Source of the DNA: Octopus sinensis
Taxonomy: Eukaryota
DNA: 64,000 bases
NCBI RefSeq assembly: GCF_006345805.1
Contig: NW_021835973.1
Location: 1-64,000, forward strand
Direction: 5' to 3'
Shown: positions 38,901-52,713 of the stretch, in pieces
Layout of the letters: each line of letters begins with the position of its first letter
Position numbering within the stretch: position 1 is the first letter of the stretch
The notes under the pieces: model-generated
The model's input: the letters and a program-made list of their open reading frames with translations, nothing else
What the model was told of the DNA's origin: nothing
Database searches by the model: none
Translations under genes and position numbers: made by a program

Positions 38901-41900
38901 CTGGTGCAGCCTCCTGGCTTCCCAGACCCCAGTCAAACCATCCAACCCTTGCTAGCTTGGAAAGCAGATGTTAAATGATGATGATGATGATTTATATATA
39001 TTTATATCTAATCTGTATGTATGTCATTTCAGGATCCAACCAAACTTTGACACAAGAAAGAAACAGCTGGAGGCATGGTGTTACCTGATTCTCGATTACT
39101 GTAAATATCATAAGATCTACTGCTTGGATGTCACTGAATCCCAGGGCTCAGTCCTTTTTTACAACAAAAAGCTAAACCGTATCCTTTCAATGTTTAACCC
39201 TTTCGTTACTGTATTTATTTTGAGATGCTCTGTGTTTCTTTCAATTACTTTAAATATAACAAAGAATTTAGTAAAATAACTTAGTTATCATTCAGCTAGT
39301 GCTAGGAGCGTAAATTGTGACTAAGGATTCGTGGAAGATTTTAATTCAAAACTTAGGAAAACAAGACATTTGTATTCAGAACCAGAGCTGGTTTCAGCCG
39401 GGTTTGGTAATGAAAGGGTTAATAGTGTTCACCCATTTGGGTTGAGTTCACCTCCCATGGAAACTGGACGAGACTTTTGACACCATTTCAATCAAGCAAG
39501 GTCATCTTTCATTAGAAGCAAAATTACTTTAAAAATGCCTGCTAGGTACAGGTATGGCTGTGTGGTCAAGAAGTTCACTTCCCAACCTCATGGTTTCAGG
39601 TTCAATCCCAGAGCATTGGCACCTTGAGCATGTGTCTTATACTATAGCCCCAGGCTGTTCAAATTCTGGTGAATGAACTTGGTAGACAATAACTGAATGG
39701 TGTTGGCTGCTTTTTTATCTTTTATTTTTGACTGTCCCCATGCTGGGGCACCACCTTGTCAGTTCTTATGTTCTGAGTACAAATTCTACTGAGGTCGACT
39801 TTGCCTTTCATCCTTTCAGAGTTGATTAATTAAGTACCAGTGAAACACTGGGGTCAGTGTAATCGACTAATCCTTATCCCCCAAATTTCTGGCCTATACC
39901 TTCAGTAGAAAGGATTATTATTATTATTATTAAACAAATATTGCCAGACATTTTGTCAATCACTCCACTACTTTGGTCTATCCACATATTAAAATTACCC
40001 TTTCTACTAAAGGCACATGGCGTGAAATTTGTGTGGGAGGGTACTAGTTGATTACATCGGTCCCCCCAGTCTTTCACTGGTACTTAATTTATCGACCCCG
40101 AAAGGATGAAAGGCAAAGTTGACCTTGGCAGAATTTGAACTCGGAACGTAGCGATGGGTGAAATACCACCTTACTCTTTTTTGTTTTTTTCACTCTTTTA
40201 CTTGTTTCAGTCATTTGACTGCGGCCATGCTGGAGCATCGCCTTTAGTCGAGCAAATCGACCCCAGGACTTATTCTTTGTCAGCCTAGTACTTATTCTAT
40301 CGGTCCCTTTTGCCAAACTGCTAAGTTACAGGGACATAAACACACCAACATCACAGACACAGAAACATACACACACACTCGTATATATACATATATACAA
40401 CGGGCTTCTTTCAGTTTCCATCTACCAAATCCACTCACAAGGCTTTGGTCAGCCTGAGGCTATAGCAGAAGACACTTGCCCGAGGTGTCACAGTGGAACT
40501 GAACCTGGAACCATGTGGTTGGTAAGCAAGCTACTAACCACACACAGCCACTCCTGTGCCTTGTAAATATTAATATAATGTCTCATGTCTAAAGAGAGTA
40601 ATTGCCCAAAAATTCATTAGCAATCAAGATTTATTTTATGGAAGATTGGGGTGAGTTGGTCATGGTTGGATATTAACTCAGAACAGTGCAGAACCAGAAA
40701 CAGTTTCTTCTGCTCTCTGTGCTTATCCTGATGTTTAATCGGTTTTATGTTGAAACTGGACAGATCTGTCCTTTCACACCATCCTCACGATTCCATTCAA
40801 AAGGTAAACAAGCACATCATCGAAATCTCTAAACTGCTAGGTGATGCATGAGTAATTTAAAACGATGTGAGTGAAATAAGCGTGACTTTTCAGAGACTAA
40901 TTCTGAATGCTGACGAGTAAAGGATCAACAAAAAAAAAATGTTCCGTTCAGTCAACAGTTGTCTCCCTTGGACTGCTCCCTTAGACCTCCGTAATGCTAT
41001 GATGGACCGTGAAGTTTGGCGTAGCATGGTAAATTCCATTGTCTCGACCACGGTCGGACAATGATGATGATGATGACAGACTGCTGCATCTTGTTTTCGT
41101 TCGTTGACAATATTCTGGAGTTAATACTCCACTCCCGTCCATTTGGGCATGTTTTCTTCTACTATAGCCTCGGGCCGACCAAAGCCTTGGGAGTGGATTT
41201 GGTAGACAGAAACTGAAAGAAGCCCATCAATTATGTGTATATATATATATGTTTGTGTGTCTGTGTTTGTCTCCCCCAACATCGCTTGACAACCGATGCT
41301 GGTGTGTTTACGTCCCCGTAACTTAGCGGTTCGGCAAAAGAGACCAATAGAATAATTACTAGGCATACAAAGAATAAGTCCGGGGTCGATGTGCTCGACT
41401 AAAAGGCGGTGCTCCAGCATGGCCACAGTGAAATGACTGAAACAAGTAAAAGAGTATATATATGTGTGTGTGTGTGTATATACATATATATATATATATA
41501 AACACATAAACCAAGCCGAAGCAGACATAGAACCTGGTACTGCTCTCTGGCTTGTCTGTTTTTGTCAAGCCATTCCACCCATGCCAGCATGGAAAAAAGG
41601 ACGTTAAATGCTGATAATGATGATGATGATGATATAATCGTACACACACAACACAATGATAGTCAGCAATATATAGTCGAGTTTCTTCTCATGTCCTGCA
41701 TAACTAATTTCTTCCTTGACCTTTCGCCAGGGAAACTATCCACAGATTCATTAATGACAATTCTTGATGAATTAAAGAAAAAAGGTAAGTAATTAATTTT
41801 TTACTATTTCTTACTCTACACAACAGACTCAATGTCCTACCAGTGATGCTGTCTACATACCATATGAGTGGAGAACCATCTAGAAAATTACATATTATAG

Positions 41901-42106
41901 AAATATTAAAATTAAAATAAACAATAATATATTGATGATTAAGTAAATTGCAAAATATACGTTTTTATTATTATTATTTTGCAATTTACTTAATCATTGG
42001 TATATTATTGTTATTTTAATTTTACTATTTCTATTATATGTAATTTTCTAAATGGTGTAATTTAATTGTTCATTTTGAATTGGTAAAAGGTGTTTTTTTT
42101 CTAATT

Positions 42107-42148
<42 letters not shown>

Positions 42149-44856
42149 ATGATCACGTGACCGACCAGACCATCAGATGTTGCTACACATCGCTGGTCAC
42201 AATGCATTCGCATTGTTTTAGCCTTCGAACGACGCCACCCTGCTGGCTAAGCGAGCAGGCCAACAGAAGAAAGAGTGGTGAAAGAGTACAGCAGGGATCA
42301 CCACCCCCTGCCGGAGCCTCGTGGAGCTTTTAGGTGTTTTCACTCAATAAACACACACAATACCCAGTCTGGGAATCGAAACCGCGATCCTCCGACCACG
42401 AGTCCGCTGCTCTAACCACTGGGTCATTGCGCCTCCACATATATATATGTATATATATAAGGAAACAACCACACTACCATACAACAATGATATAGGGATT
42501 GATATAGGTTAAAAGTCTTTTGCGTTTCTCTTCCACAGGTCACCTTGAATGGACAGATAAATCTAAACGCCAATTCACAGTTGTGTGGCGTTCAAATGAA
42601 GAATGGGGGAAACTTATTTACAAATATGTAAGTCTTATTAATTATTATCACTCTGCATTCTCCCTCCTAACCTCGATTAGGATTTCTCCCAAGCCAATGA
42701 AAAATAGCAGCCAAATGACACCCATGTCATATCCTACTACCTTAAAGAAAGGAAGGATGCATTTCACAATCTAATTCCTGACACTTGAAAAAAAGTGTGA
42801 CAGTCACAGCTGGAATGTCTTTGATTACAGGTGTGTTGGATGAGAACTCATCATCATCATCATACATCCGTTTTCCATGCTGGCATGGGTTGGCCAGCTT
42901 GACAAGTTCTGGCAAGCTACAGGGCTGCAGCATCCTGGATAGAACTTCCAATATATTATATCGATTTCTTAGTGTTACACTCCATCATGTCAATTTGTTT
43001 GTGCCACACTCCATGTGATATCTGTGACACACCTCTTCCATAATGTCTTATCTATGGCATACTTCACCATGTTACTTTGCCTGTGACACACTCCAACATG
43101 ATGTCTTGCCAGTTACGTAGTCCACCATAATGCCCATGATATCTCTGTGTTGATTTATCTGTGACACACTCCACTATGACATACTTTGCCACACTGTCAT
43201 GCCTGTGACATAGTCCATCAAGATGTCTGTGACAACTCCATGTTGCTTTATCTGACACTGTCTGTGACATAGTCCATCAAGATGTTTGTGACACAGTCCA
43301 TTATGTTGTCTGTCACACAGCATTATTTGACTGTCTGTGACACACTCCATGATGATGTCTAACACTCTGCCATGATGTCTTGTCTGTGACATAATCTACC
43401 AAAATGTCTGACACTCTATTATGTTGTCTGTGTCACTCAGCATTATGTTGACTGTGTCACACTACATTATATTGTCTGTATCACAGCATTATGTTGACTG
43501 TGTGACATACTCTACCATGATGTTTTGACTGTGACACTCCATTATGTTGTCTGTGACACACTCTGTTGTCTGTGATACACTCCATTATGTTGACATACTC
43601 CAGCATGATGTTTTGACTGTGACATTGTCTACCAAAATGTCTGTGACACTCCATGACGCACTCCATCATGATGTCTGTAACATCCTCCCCCATGATGTCT
43701 TGACTGTGACACACTTCCTACCCCAGTGACCCATATCTATGCCTTGGTTAGTCTGCATTATTCTGTAGAGGACATTGGACTTCCTGGTTTCTCTGGCATA
43801 TCATCCCCCCTGGATGGGGCACCAGTCCGTCACAGACACCTTCGCCTTATTTCCTCAGAAACAACTGCAAGCAATCCCCCATCCCTCGCCAAGAAAAATG
43901 GAATCAACCAACCAAATCACCTTATCACTTGGGTAGTAAGTGTTGTGTAATTTCTTCTATTTTCAGATCACAGACAATGGAATGACTGACACAGTGTGTA
44001 CTCTGTTTGAGTTGACCTCTGGTGAAGATACTGTAAATAAAGGTAAGTTGGCAGATAAAAGGGTTCATCATCATCATTTAACATCCGTCTTCCATGCATG
44101 CATGGGTAGGATGGTTGACAGGAACCAGCCAGGTAGATTACTGTGTCTGTTTTGGCAGGGTTTTTATGGCTGGATGCCCTTCCTAACACCAACCACTCTG
44201 CAGAGTGAACTCGGTGCTTTTTACGTGACAATAGGACGAAAGACCGAGACCTCTGGAGATATGTTGTGACTGTGAATACCCAGCAAATAATATGAGTTCA
44301 TGGCTGTATCTTACACCAGTTTTGCATAACCAGCCCCAGCCCATTCAAAAGTACCTTGGATCATAGGGCGACATGCTGTGCTTGAGGAGACCTATTGAGT
44401 CAAGTACAACAACATCAAAATGAAAATCAAATGGAAATTGTAGCTGTGATCCCCATGCCGGTGGCATGTAAAAAGCACCAACCGATCACGGCCTTTGTGT
44501 CTGTTTTGGCATGGTCTTTATGGCTGGATGCCCTTCCTAATACCAACCACTTTACACAGTTTATCCCTTTTCCTCCCAAAGTCTTTGTCTTGCTAAAGAC
44601 ACTGCCAATGCTCTAATCTGACATTTTACTGCTTTCCATGACCTTCCCAAATATTTCAATTCGTTAACATGTCTCATTTTCTCCTCGGATGTTTCAATTA
44701 GATTACATTGGTTTCACTTTTACTATTTTTATCATTAATTTACTTGTCGTTAACGCGATAATGAGCTGGCAGAATCGTTAGCATTACATTTGAAATCATT
44801 GAGAGAACACTGGTGTAGCCTTGGTGGAGGTTTGTGTTCTCTGAGTGTTCTTGTTA

Positions 44857-44894
<38 letters not shown>

Positions 44895-45536
44895 GAGTGA
44901 GAGAGCAGTGCATGCCATCAAAGGGACACTGGGCTAAAATATACGAAGCCCAGTATACCCATCATGACTACCCATCTGATAAGGGTACACCAGGCACATG
45001 CATCACAACCATATGTGCGCGACATGGTGATCTCATATCAAGATAAACAGCGCATGACCTCACAGGTGGGGCCCAGTTAGAATTTTCTTCTGGTCAAGTA
45101 ACCCATCCCACTCAAAAGGTCCCTGAATAAGGCTTGTTTAAGGATGTTGAACGAACCACCCATGATCCCAGAATTGAATTATCCAAACCCCAAAGAATCC
45201 CTCTCAACACATGGCTATGACGTTTCCCCCACTACTTCTGCTCGTGATCAGAGATGCACATATCGTCAGCCACTAAGGGACATGGTCAACTGGTTAAGGT
45301 CAAACAACTGACAAGCAAATCTGTGGTATTGAGCAGAATATTTGCTGTAGCCCATCTTTTATACCAAGTATTATTATGATTATTATTATTATTATTATTT
45401 TTTATTTTGTATTTCTGTTGTAGAATTTCATGGACTTGAGAAACCGTTGTTGATCAAAGCCTTAAAGACTCTGGAGAACGAAGGTAAAGCAGAGTTGATG
45501 CTGACCGAAAGTATCGAAGGAGTGAAATTCTTCTAA
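35675..45536 (+). CDS. VPS25: ESCRT-II subunit VPS25 (EAP20), join(35675-35724,39033-39178,41731-41784,42539-42627,43967-44042,45424-45536), 175 aa
   Basis: Six exons with compatible phases (50+146+54+89+76+113=528 nt): MAEFQWPWQYNFPPFFTIQPNFDTRKKQLEAWC...RKLSTDSLMTILDELKKKGHLEWTDKSKRQFTVVWRSNEEWGKLIYKYITDNGMTDTVCTLFELTSGEDTVNKEFHGLEKPLLIKALKTLENEGKAELMLTESIEGVKFF*. Matches the VPS25 WPWQY.FPPFFT start and GVKFF end. Confidence 0.97.
39033..39178 (+). CDS. VPS25: VPS25 exon 2
   Basis: tttcag|G ATC CAA CCA...CTA AAC C|gtatcctttc. Confidence 0.96.
39179..41730 (+). other. U12-type (minor spliceosome) GT-AG intron, VPS25 intron 2
   Basis: 5' site GTATCCTTT (39179-39187); branch site TTCCTTGAC (41712-41720) 10 nt before the end of the intron. 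Confidence 0.9.
40930..41075 (+). mobile_element. RTE LINE extreme 3' end with (TGA)n tail
   Basis: DLRNAMMDREVWRSMVNSIVSTTVGQ* followed by tgatgatgatg. Confidence 0.7.
41731..41784 (+). CDS. VPS25: VPS25 exon 3
   Basis: cgccag|GG AAA CTA...AAA AAA G|gtaagt. Confidence 0.95.
42539..42627 (+). CDS. VPS25: VPS25 exon 4
   Basis: ccacag|GT CAC CTT GAA TGG...AAA TAT|gtaagt. Confidence 0.96.
43010..43720. repeat. Degenerate minisatellite with tgtctgtgacacactccat core in VPS25 intron 4
   Basis: Many imperfect copies of ctgtgacac/a...tccat(t/g)atg. Confidence 0.8.
43967..44042 (+). CDS. VPS25: VPS25 exon 5
   Basis: tttcag|ATC ACA GAC...AAT AAA G|gtaagt. Confidence 0.95.
44894..45365 (-). mobile_element. 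(TAA)n-flanked retroposon family X (3' fragments also 52713-52897, 55391-55560; internal 25010-25215)
   Basis: Shared gagtgagagagcagtgcatgccatcaaag...cccatcatgactaccc.tctgataagggtacaccaggcacatgc; the three copies with this 3' end abut (ATT)n. Confidence 0.75.
45424..45536 (+). CDS. VPS25: VPS25 last coding exon
   Basis: ttgtag|AA TTT CAT GGA...TTC TTC TAA. Confidence 0.96.
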
Positions 45537-48500
45537 ACGAACAATCGCTTTGCTTTGCTCTTACCTGCATCCTAACATATGTATGCGTGTAATACATATG
45601 TAAGCGCACACACACACATACATTCATATACAAACACACACACACATTATATATATATAGACTCAAACTCACATTTATGGGAAAGACTTTAGTTTGTATT
45701 CAGTCAATGTAACAACAACTAAGCTACCGTTCTTCTATGGAATTTGAACTGCTGAGGCTGGTACAACTAAAACTGCCGTATCAACTGCATGATAAAGAGA
45801 AGAAAAAACAAATGGCTTCATTTATAAACAGAACAAGCATTAATATATTGATATTGTATAAAAACTGGTATGTCTTTCATGTTTAACCCTTTTGCACTTA
45901 AACTGGCCACATCCGGCTCCAAATATATTCCGCCTGGTTTTTTTTTTTTTTTTTTTTCTTTTTTTTTATGTCCGGACCGGTCAGATCTGGGTTCTCACAC
46001 CAACCTTACAAAGTCATTCTGAAAATATGCCACAGCATTCATCAGAAATCTTTGAAGCTATGAGATTGAGATTGAGATAATGCATGATTCATTGAAAACA
46101 ATGGGAATAAGTAAGCGTTACATTTGACAGAATAATGTGAATGTTAAAGGGTTAACCTTGAGGTCACTTAAAGCATTCTGTTTGACCTGTGGGCAGGCAT
46201 TTAAGGGCTGTTTGACCTGTGGGAAGATTCACTTAACCCAATTTCCATTATCATATTTCTGTTGAGATGTTCTGTGTTTGTGTCAATTTTTAAACATAAA
46301 AAAGAATTTAGTAAAATAACTTTATTATTATTATTATTATTATTATTATATGTTTGACTTTTGCTTTATATTTGTACAAGTTGGCTCCTCACCCAGAGAC
46401 CTCAAGAGACACCAGGTTAGAAGTTTGTGATGTTGTTATGCCTAGTGTGCCATATATTTGGGGTTTTTTTGTGTTGTACTAGTGGATGTCTAAAAAAAAA
46501 AAAAAGAAAAAAGTTTGTTTTAAACCTTGAGATTACATAGAAAATATTTTGCGTAGGATATGAGCAGTTCCCATGAGCACTATCTTTTGAATTTCTGCCA
46601 TTTTTGGGTTTCCTGGTATCTGAGTTAGGTAGCAATCAGCCCCTATTATTATTATTATTATTAAGCTGGTATTCAAGGTAGTGAGCTGGCAGACTCATTA
46701 GCAAGTCAGGCAAAATGCTTAACAGCATTTCATCCGTCCTTGTGTTCTGAGTTCAAATTCTGCCAAAGTCAACTTTACCTTTCATCCTTTCAGGGGTCGA
46801 TATATTAAGTACCAGTGAAACACCAGGGTCGATGTAATCGACTAGTCCCCTCCCCCCAAATTTCAGGTCTTGTGCCAGAGAGCTATACTAGGCCCCAGTT
46901 AATGTTAGGAACGTAAATTAACTCTAAAGTTTTGATGGAAGAACTTTTGGAAGCAAGACATTTGTATTCAAGAGCCAGGGGTGGTCTCAGACTGGTTGGT
47001 ATCGAAGGGGTTATTAAACAGAGTCTGTGTAAAACTGACCATCATTACACAGTAATAGCATCAACAACATAAGAAAATACAACAGACTTTTAACAATATC
47101 TGGGTTGGTTTTTTTTTTTTCCAAATATTTTGTTTTTCATTTTATATTTTGTTCTATTTATCATTATCATCATAATCATCATCATCATTTAACGTCTGTT
47201 TTCCATGCTGGCATGGGTTGGATGGTTTGACTAGAGCTATACCAGGCTCCTGTTGTCTGTTTTGGTGTGGTTTCGATGCCTTGATGCTCTTCCTAATGCC
47301 AGCCATTTTGCAGAGTGTACTGGGTGTCTCATATGTGGCACCAGTATGGGTGCCTCATATGTGGCACCAACATGGGTGCCTCATAAGTAACACCAGCACC
47401 AGTGCTTTTCATGTGGAACCAGCAAAGTTGTTTTTAACATGGCACCATCACAGGTACATTTTTTTCTTTATTGAAATATTTCGACAATCCATTGTTGTGA
47501 TGGTCATTACTGCCATTATTGCCATTGTCTTTGTATGACTTTGTGTTGATGTTGTCATTGTTGTAGTAGTGATGGTCATGGCTTCTTTATCATCACCATT
47601 ATCATCATCATCACAACAAAGAGGTTGGAAATACCATTTTCCTCAAGATTCCCTCTTGCATTTTACTCACTGTAAACCAATGATTGTACCCATATACTTG
47701 TCCCGTGCCGGTGGCATGTAAAAAGCATCATTCGGGCTTGGCTGTTGCCATTGCCACCTGATTGGTTCCTGTGACAGTGGAATGTAAAAAGCACCATTCA
47801 AGCATGGTCGATGCCAGTACCACCCGACTGGCCCTCGTGCCGGTGGCACATAAAAAGCATCCACTATATTCTCGGAGTGGTTGGCATTAGGAACAGTATC
47901 CAGCTATAGAAACTTTGCTATATTAGATTGGAGCCTGGTGCAGCCTTCTGGCTTGCCTGCCCTCAGTAAAACCGTCCAACCCATGCTAGCATTGAAAGCA
48001 GACGTTAAACGACGACGATGATGATGATGATGACAACAGCAACTGTGCATATAGTCCTGGTACTTGTAAATGGCTCGGGTGATCAACGATAGCCTTGGTA
48101 GGATTTCAGAACAACCTGCTGTGCTTGAGGAGACCTATTGAGTCAAGTACATGAACATTGAAATAAATATCAATGGAAATAGTAGTTGTGATACCTGTGC
48201 CGGTCCGGTGGCACGTAAAAAGCACCATCCGAACGTGGCCGATGCCAGCGCCGCCTTGACTGGCTTCTGTGCCGGTGGCACGTAAAAAGCACCAACCAAT
48301 CGTGGCCACTGCCAGACTCCCCTGGCACCTGTGCCGGTGGCACGTAAAAAGCACCCACTACATTCACGGAGTGGTTGGCGTTAGGAAGGGCATCCAGCTG
48401 TAGCTGGTGCAGCCTCCTGGCTTCCCAGACCCCGGTGGAACCGTCCAACCCGTGCTAGCATGGAAAACGGACATTAAACGATGATGATGATGATGAAATG

Positions 48501-49101
48501 GCTTGGATAATGAGTGGTAGTTATGAGATTGACCTGTGGTTTCGTATAATGCATATGACTAGTTACATGGTAACAAGATGTAAGAATTTTACTGGGCAGT
48601 GAAGCAGACTGAAGCTGTTACTAAGCAACCTGTTAATTGCCGTTGCTAGGTGACCCAATTAAAGCTGGTTGGTAGGAATGCTGTTTATAGATCCAGACAT
48701 GAAGAAAAATATTTTAAACACACATTAAATATGAAGGGAAACTGCTTGGAGTATGTATGTGTGTGTGTATATGTGTTTGATATGGCGAGCTGGCAGAATG
48801 GTTAGCACGCCGGGCGAAATGCTTTGCGGTATTTCGTCTGCCGTTGCGTTGTGAGTTCAAATTCCGCCGAGGTCGACTTTGCCTTTCTTCCTTTCGGGGT
48901 CGATAAATTAAGTACCAGTTATGCACTGGGGTCGATGTAATCGACTTAATACCTATGTCTGTCCTTGTTTGTCCCCTCTGTGTTTAGCCCCTTGTGGGTA
49001 ATAAAGAAATAGATATATATATATGTGTGTGTGTGTACATATATGTATGTGTATATACGTGTGTGTATATATATATAAATGTGTGTGTGTGCATATATGT
49101 T

Positions 49102-49137
<36 letters not shown>

Positions 49138-50900
49138 ATTCTTAAACAAGAACATTATTGAAAGTGACTTCGAAGTTTTGGCCAGCTAAGCTATCGTCCA
49201 ACAATGGCTTAACTGGCCGATACTTCGAAGTCACTTGCTTAAGAATAACAAATTTGTACTCTACAAAAGTATAGAGTAACGAATCAGATTAATATAAAAA
49301 TGGCTTCTATTATAACTGAACACACACACACACACAGGTGCAGATGTAGCTGTGTGGTTAAGAAGCTTGCTTCGCAAACACATCGTTTTAGGTTCAGTCC
49401 CACCGTGTGGCACCTAGGGAAAGCGTCTTCTATTGTAGCCCCAGTAGAAGATCAAATGACCCTGGTGGATGGAAACTGTGGAGGCCTGTCATATATTGTG
49501 TCAGTGTGTGGCTGTTATCCACCCCAACTAACTGATAACTGATGTAGGTTTGTTTGCGTCCTCGTAATTTGAATAAAGACTGGACTTATTCTTGCGTGGC
49601 TGTGTAGTAAAAGAATTGATTCTCAACTATATGGTTTCTGGGTCGATGAAAATCTTGTGAGTGAATTTGGTAAACGGAAACTGAAACGTCATGTGTGTAT
49701 ATATTTTTTTAATTCTTTTATTTGAGTCATTTGACTGTGGTCATGCTGGAGTACTGCCTTTAGTCGAACAAATTGACCCCAGGGCTCATTCTTTGGAAGC
49801 CTAGTACTTATACTATTGGTCCCTTTTTGCCGAACCGCTAAGTTACGAGGACGTAAACACACCAACATCAGTTGTCAAGCCATGGTGGTGGGGGACAGAC
49901 AGACAGACACTCGCACACATATATATACATATATACGACGAGCTTCTTTCAGTTTCCGGCTATCAAATCAACTCACAAGGCTTTGGTCGGCCCAAGGCTA
50001 TAGTAGAAGACACTTGCCCAAGATGCCATGCAGTGGGACTGAACCTGGAACCATGTGGTTGGTAAATAAGCTACTTACCACAGAGACATGCATGCGCCTA
50101 TATTAATAATATTAGGCAGAAATAAGAGATCGAAGCCTCGTAAGTGGATTTGATAGATGGAAACTGAAAGAAGCCCGTCATACCGGCTTGGCAAAAGTGG
50201 CCGATAGAATATGTTGCAGACTTCAAAAAGTCATTCGACTAAAAATTTCCTACACAGCCACGCAAGAATAAGTCAGGTCCTTATTCTATCGGTCTCTAAG
50301 GACGCAAACAAACCAACGTCAGTTGTCAATTGGTTGGGGTGGATAACAGCCACACGCAGACACAATATATATGACAGGCTTCAAAAACTCATTCGACTAA
50401 AAATTCTTCACGGCCGTGCCCCAGTCTGGCCGCAGCCTAATAACTGAAACAAATAAAAGATAAAAAGAAAAAAAATAATTGTATTTTCTGCAGCACACAA
50501 CAGAGAAACATTCTTTTCTACTCTAGGCACAAGGCCCATCATTTTAGGGAGGGGCCAGTCGATTACATCGACTCCAATATGCAACTGGTACTTAATTTTT
50601 CAACCCCCCCCCCCAAAAAGGATGAAAGGCAAAGTCGACCTCGGCGGAATTTGAACTCAGAATGTAAAACCGGACGAAATACCTATTTCTCTACTACCCA
50701 CAAGGGGCTAAACACAGAAGGGACAAACGGATTAAGTCGATTATATCGACCCCAGTGCGTAACTGGTACTTATTTAATCGACTCCGAAACGATGAAAGGC
50801 AAAGTCGACCTCGGCGGAATTTGAACTCAGAACGTATTGGCAGACGAAATACAGCTACGTATTTCGCCCGGCGTGCTAACGTTTCTGCCAGCTCGCCGCC

Positions 50901-51220
50901 TTAAAATCCAGCCCGTGGTCCCAGCCTTGGATGAACCTTGAAACTAATGTTCAGGTCGTTTGGGCAATGCTGGCGGTATATTCTCCATATCGTACAAATG
51001 ATGTACCTCTCGCAGCGGCGCTGGACAGAGTAGAGTTTCAAGGCCTTAAGGCGGTCCCAGTAATCGAGATCAGTCATGCCTTCAATTCGTTTAGTGAGTG
51101 CCCTCTGGGGTGATTCAATCCTCGAGATGTTTTGTTTTGTATGGGGAGACCACAAGGGGCAGCAGTATTCGAGGTGTGGCCGTACAAAGGAGGAGAAAAG
51201 TGGAATGATGACACCTTGTT
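50901..51220 (-). mobile_element. CR1/L2-group LINE fragment (second family)
   Basis: VRPHLEYCCPLWSPHTKQNISRIESPQRALTKRIEGMTDLDYWDRLKALKLYSVQRRCERY. Confidence 0.85.
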
Positions 51221-51560
51221 CTCTGGACCGGATATATATATATATCGAATGAATTATCCTATGTTTACCGTCAACATGGAAAATTCGATGAACCGATACC
51301 AGGGTAGCAAATTTACGTCAGAAACACGGTTGAAGCGACCTGTCCAAGGGTAGAAACTCCGGGTTCATGTGCAGAAATTTGTGTGTTATATATGAATAAG
51401 GATAAGATCGATAATTTAAAATAAAATAACGATTTTATCAAGTGGCCTGTATAGAAAAAAAATATGGACAACTAAGGTGGTTTTAGAGTCAGATCATGGC
51501 TGCTATTTTCAGCATGGTGGTATCTCGTAGATACCGTAATTTATAGTTTTAATATATATA

Positions 51561-51789
51561 TATATACCAATTAAGGACTGAACACGAAAAGTGGACAGTC
51601 AACATGCTAGATATAGACGTCAAATCGCCATTCTCCACAAAGAGTATGTTCTCAAATAAAACTCAGCACAAGTTTTATTTTTGCTGAGTTTTATTTGAGA
51701 ACATACTCTTTGTGGAGAATGGCGATTTGACGTCTATATCTAGCATGTTGACTGTCCATTTTTCGTGTTCAGTCCTTAATTGGTATATA
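51561..51789. repeat. Near-perfect palindrome: 108-bp arms, 13-nt loop, 1 mismatch
   Basis: 51561-51668 is the reverse complement of 51682-51789. Confidence 0.97.
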
Positions 51790-51877
51790 AAAATATTTTA
51801 ATCTTCGGATTCTTTTTAATATGTTAGACCACTGGTTTTAATTGACTAATATCAATTTCTACCCTTAATTATTATAT

Positions 51878-51984
<107 letters not shown>

Positions 51985-52536
51985 GTATGTATGTACACGA
52001 CGAGTTTCTTTCAGTTCCGTCTATCAAATCCATTCAAGGCTTTGGTTGGCCCGAGGCTATAGGAGAAAAATAAGATGGCATACAGTAGGTCTGATCCCGG
52101 AACCATGTGGTTAAGAAGCAAGCGTCTTAGCGCACAGCAATTCTCGAACAAACAGCGATTTTCCCAAAATATTGCGAAATTTATGTAGTCGCATTCAGCT
52201 ATTTCTTAATAAACTCAGACAAATTTAGGTACACCACTTGTGTGTGTGTGTGTGCGTTTACGATGCACATTTTTATAGAGCGAGAAGAATGACTAATGCA
52301 CGAGACAAACAAGCAGAGTTATGTACCTTGTATATATTCACATGGGCACAATCCTCTATCGCAGATGGCAAAGACAAGCAGAGTTATGTACCTTATACTG
52401 TTAAATTTCTCTAACAGCACAACATTAAAGCAGAGACAGCTGAGAAGATATTAATTTGCTCCAGCACAACATTACAGATGTATGAGTGTAGAAATTCCAA
52501 TGTACACGAGAGCCACTGCCTGGTACTGCATCAGGG

Positions 52537-52581
<45 letters not shown>

Positions 52582-52676
52582 ATTATTATCATCATTGTTG
52601 TTATTATTATTATTATTATTATTGTTTTTTCCTTCTTTCTTCAAATTTTCTTCCGTTTCTCGCCGAGTGTTTTCCA

Positions 52677-52713
<37 letters not shown>

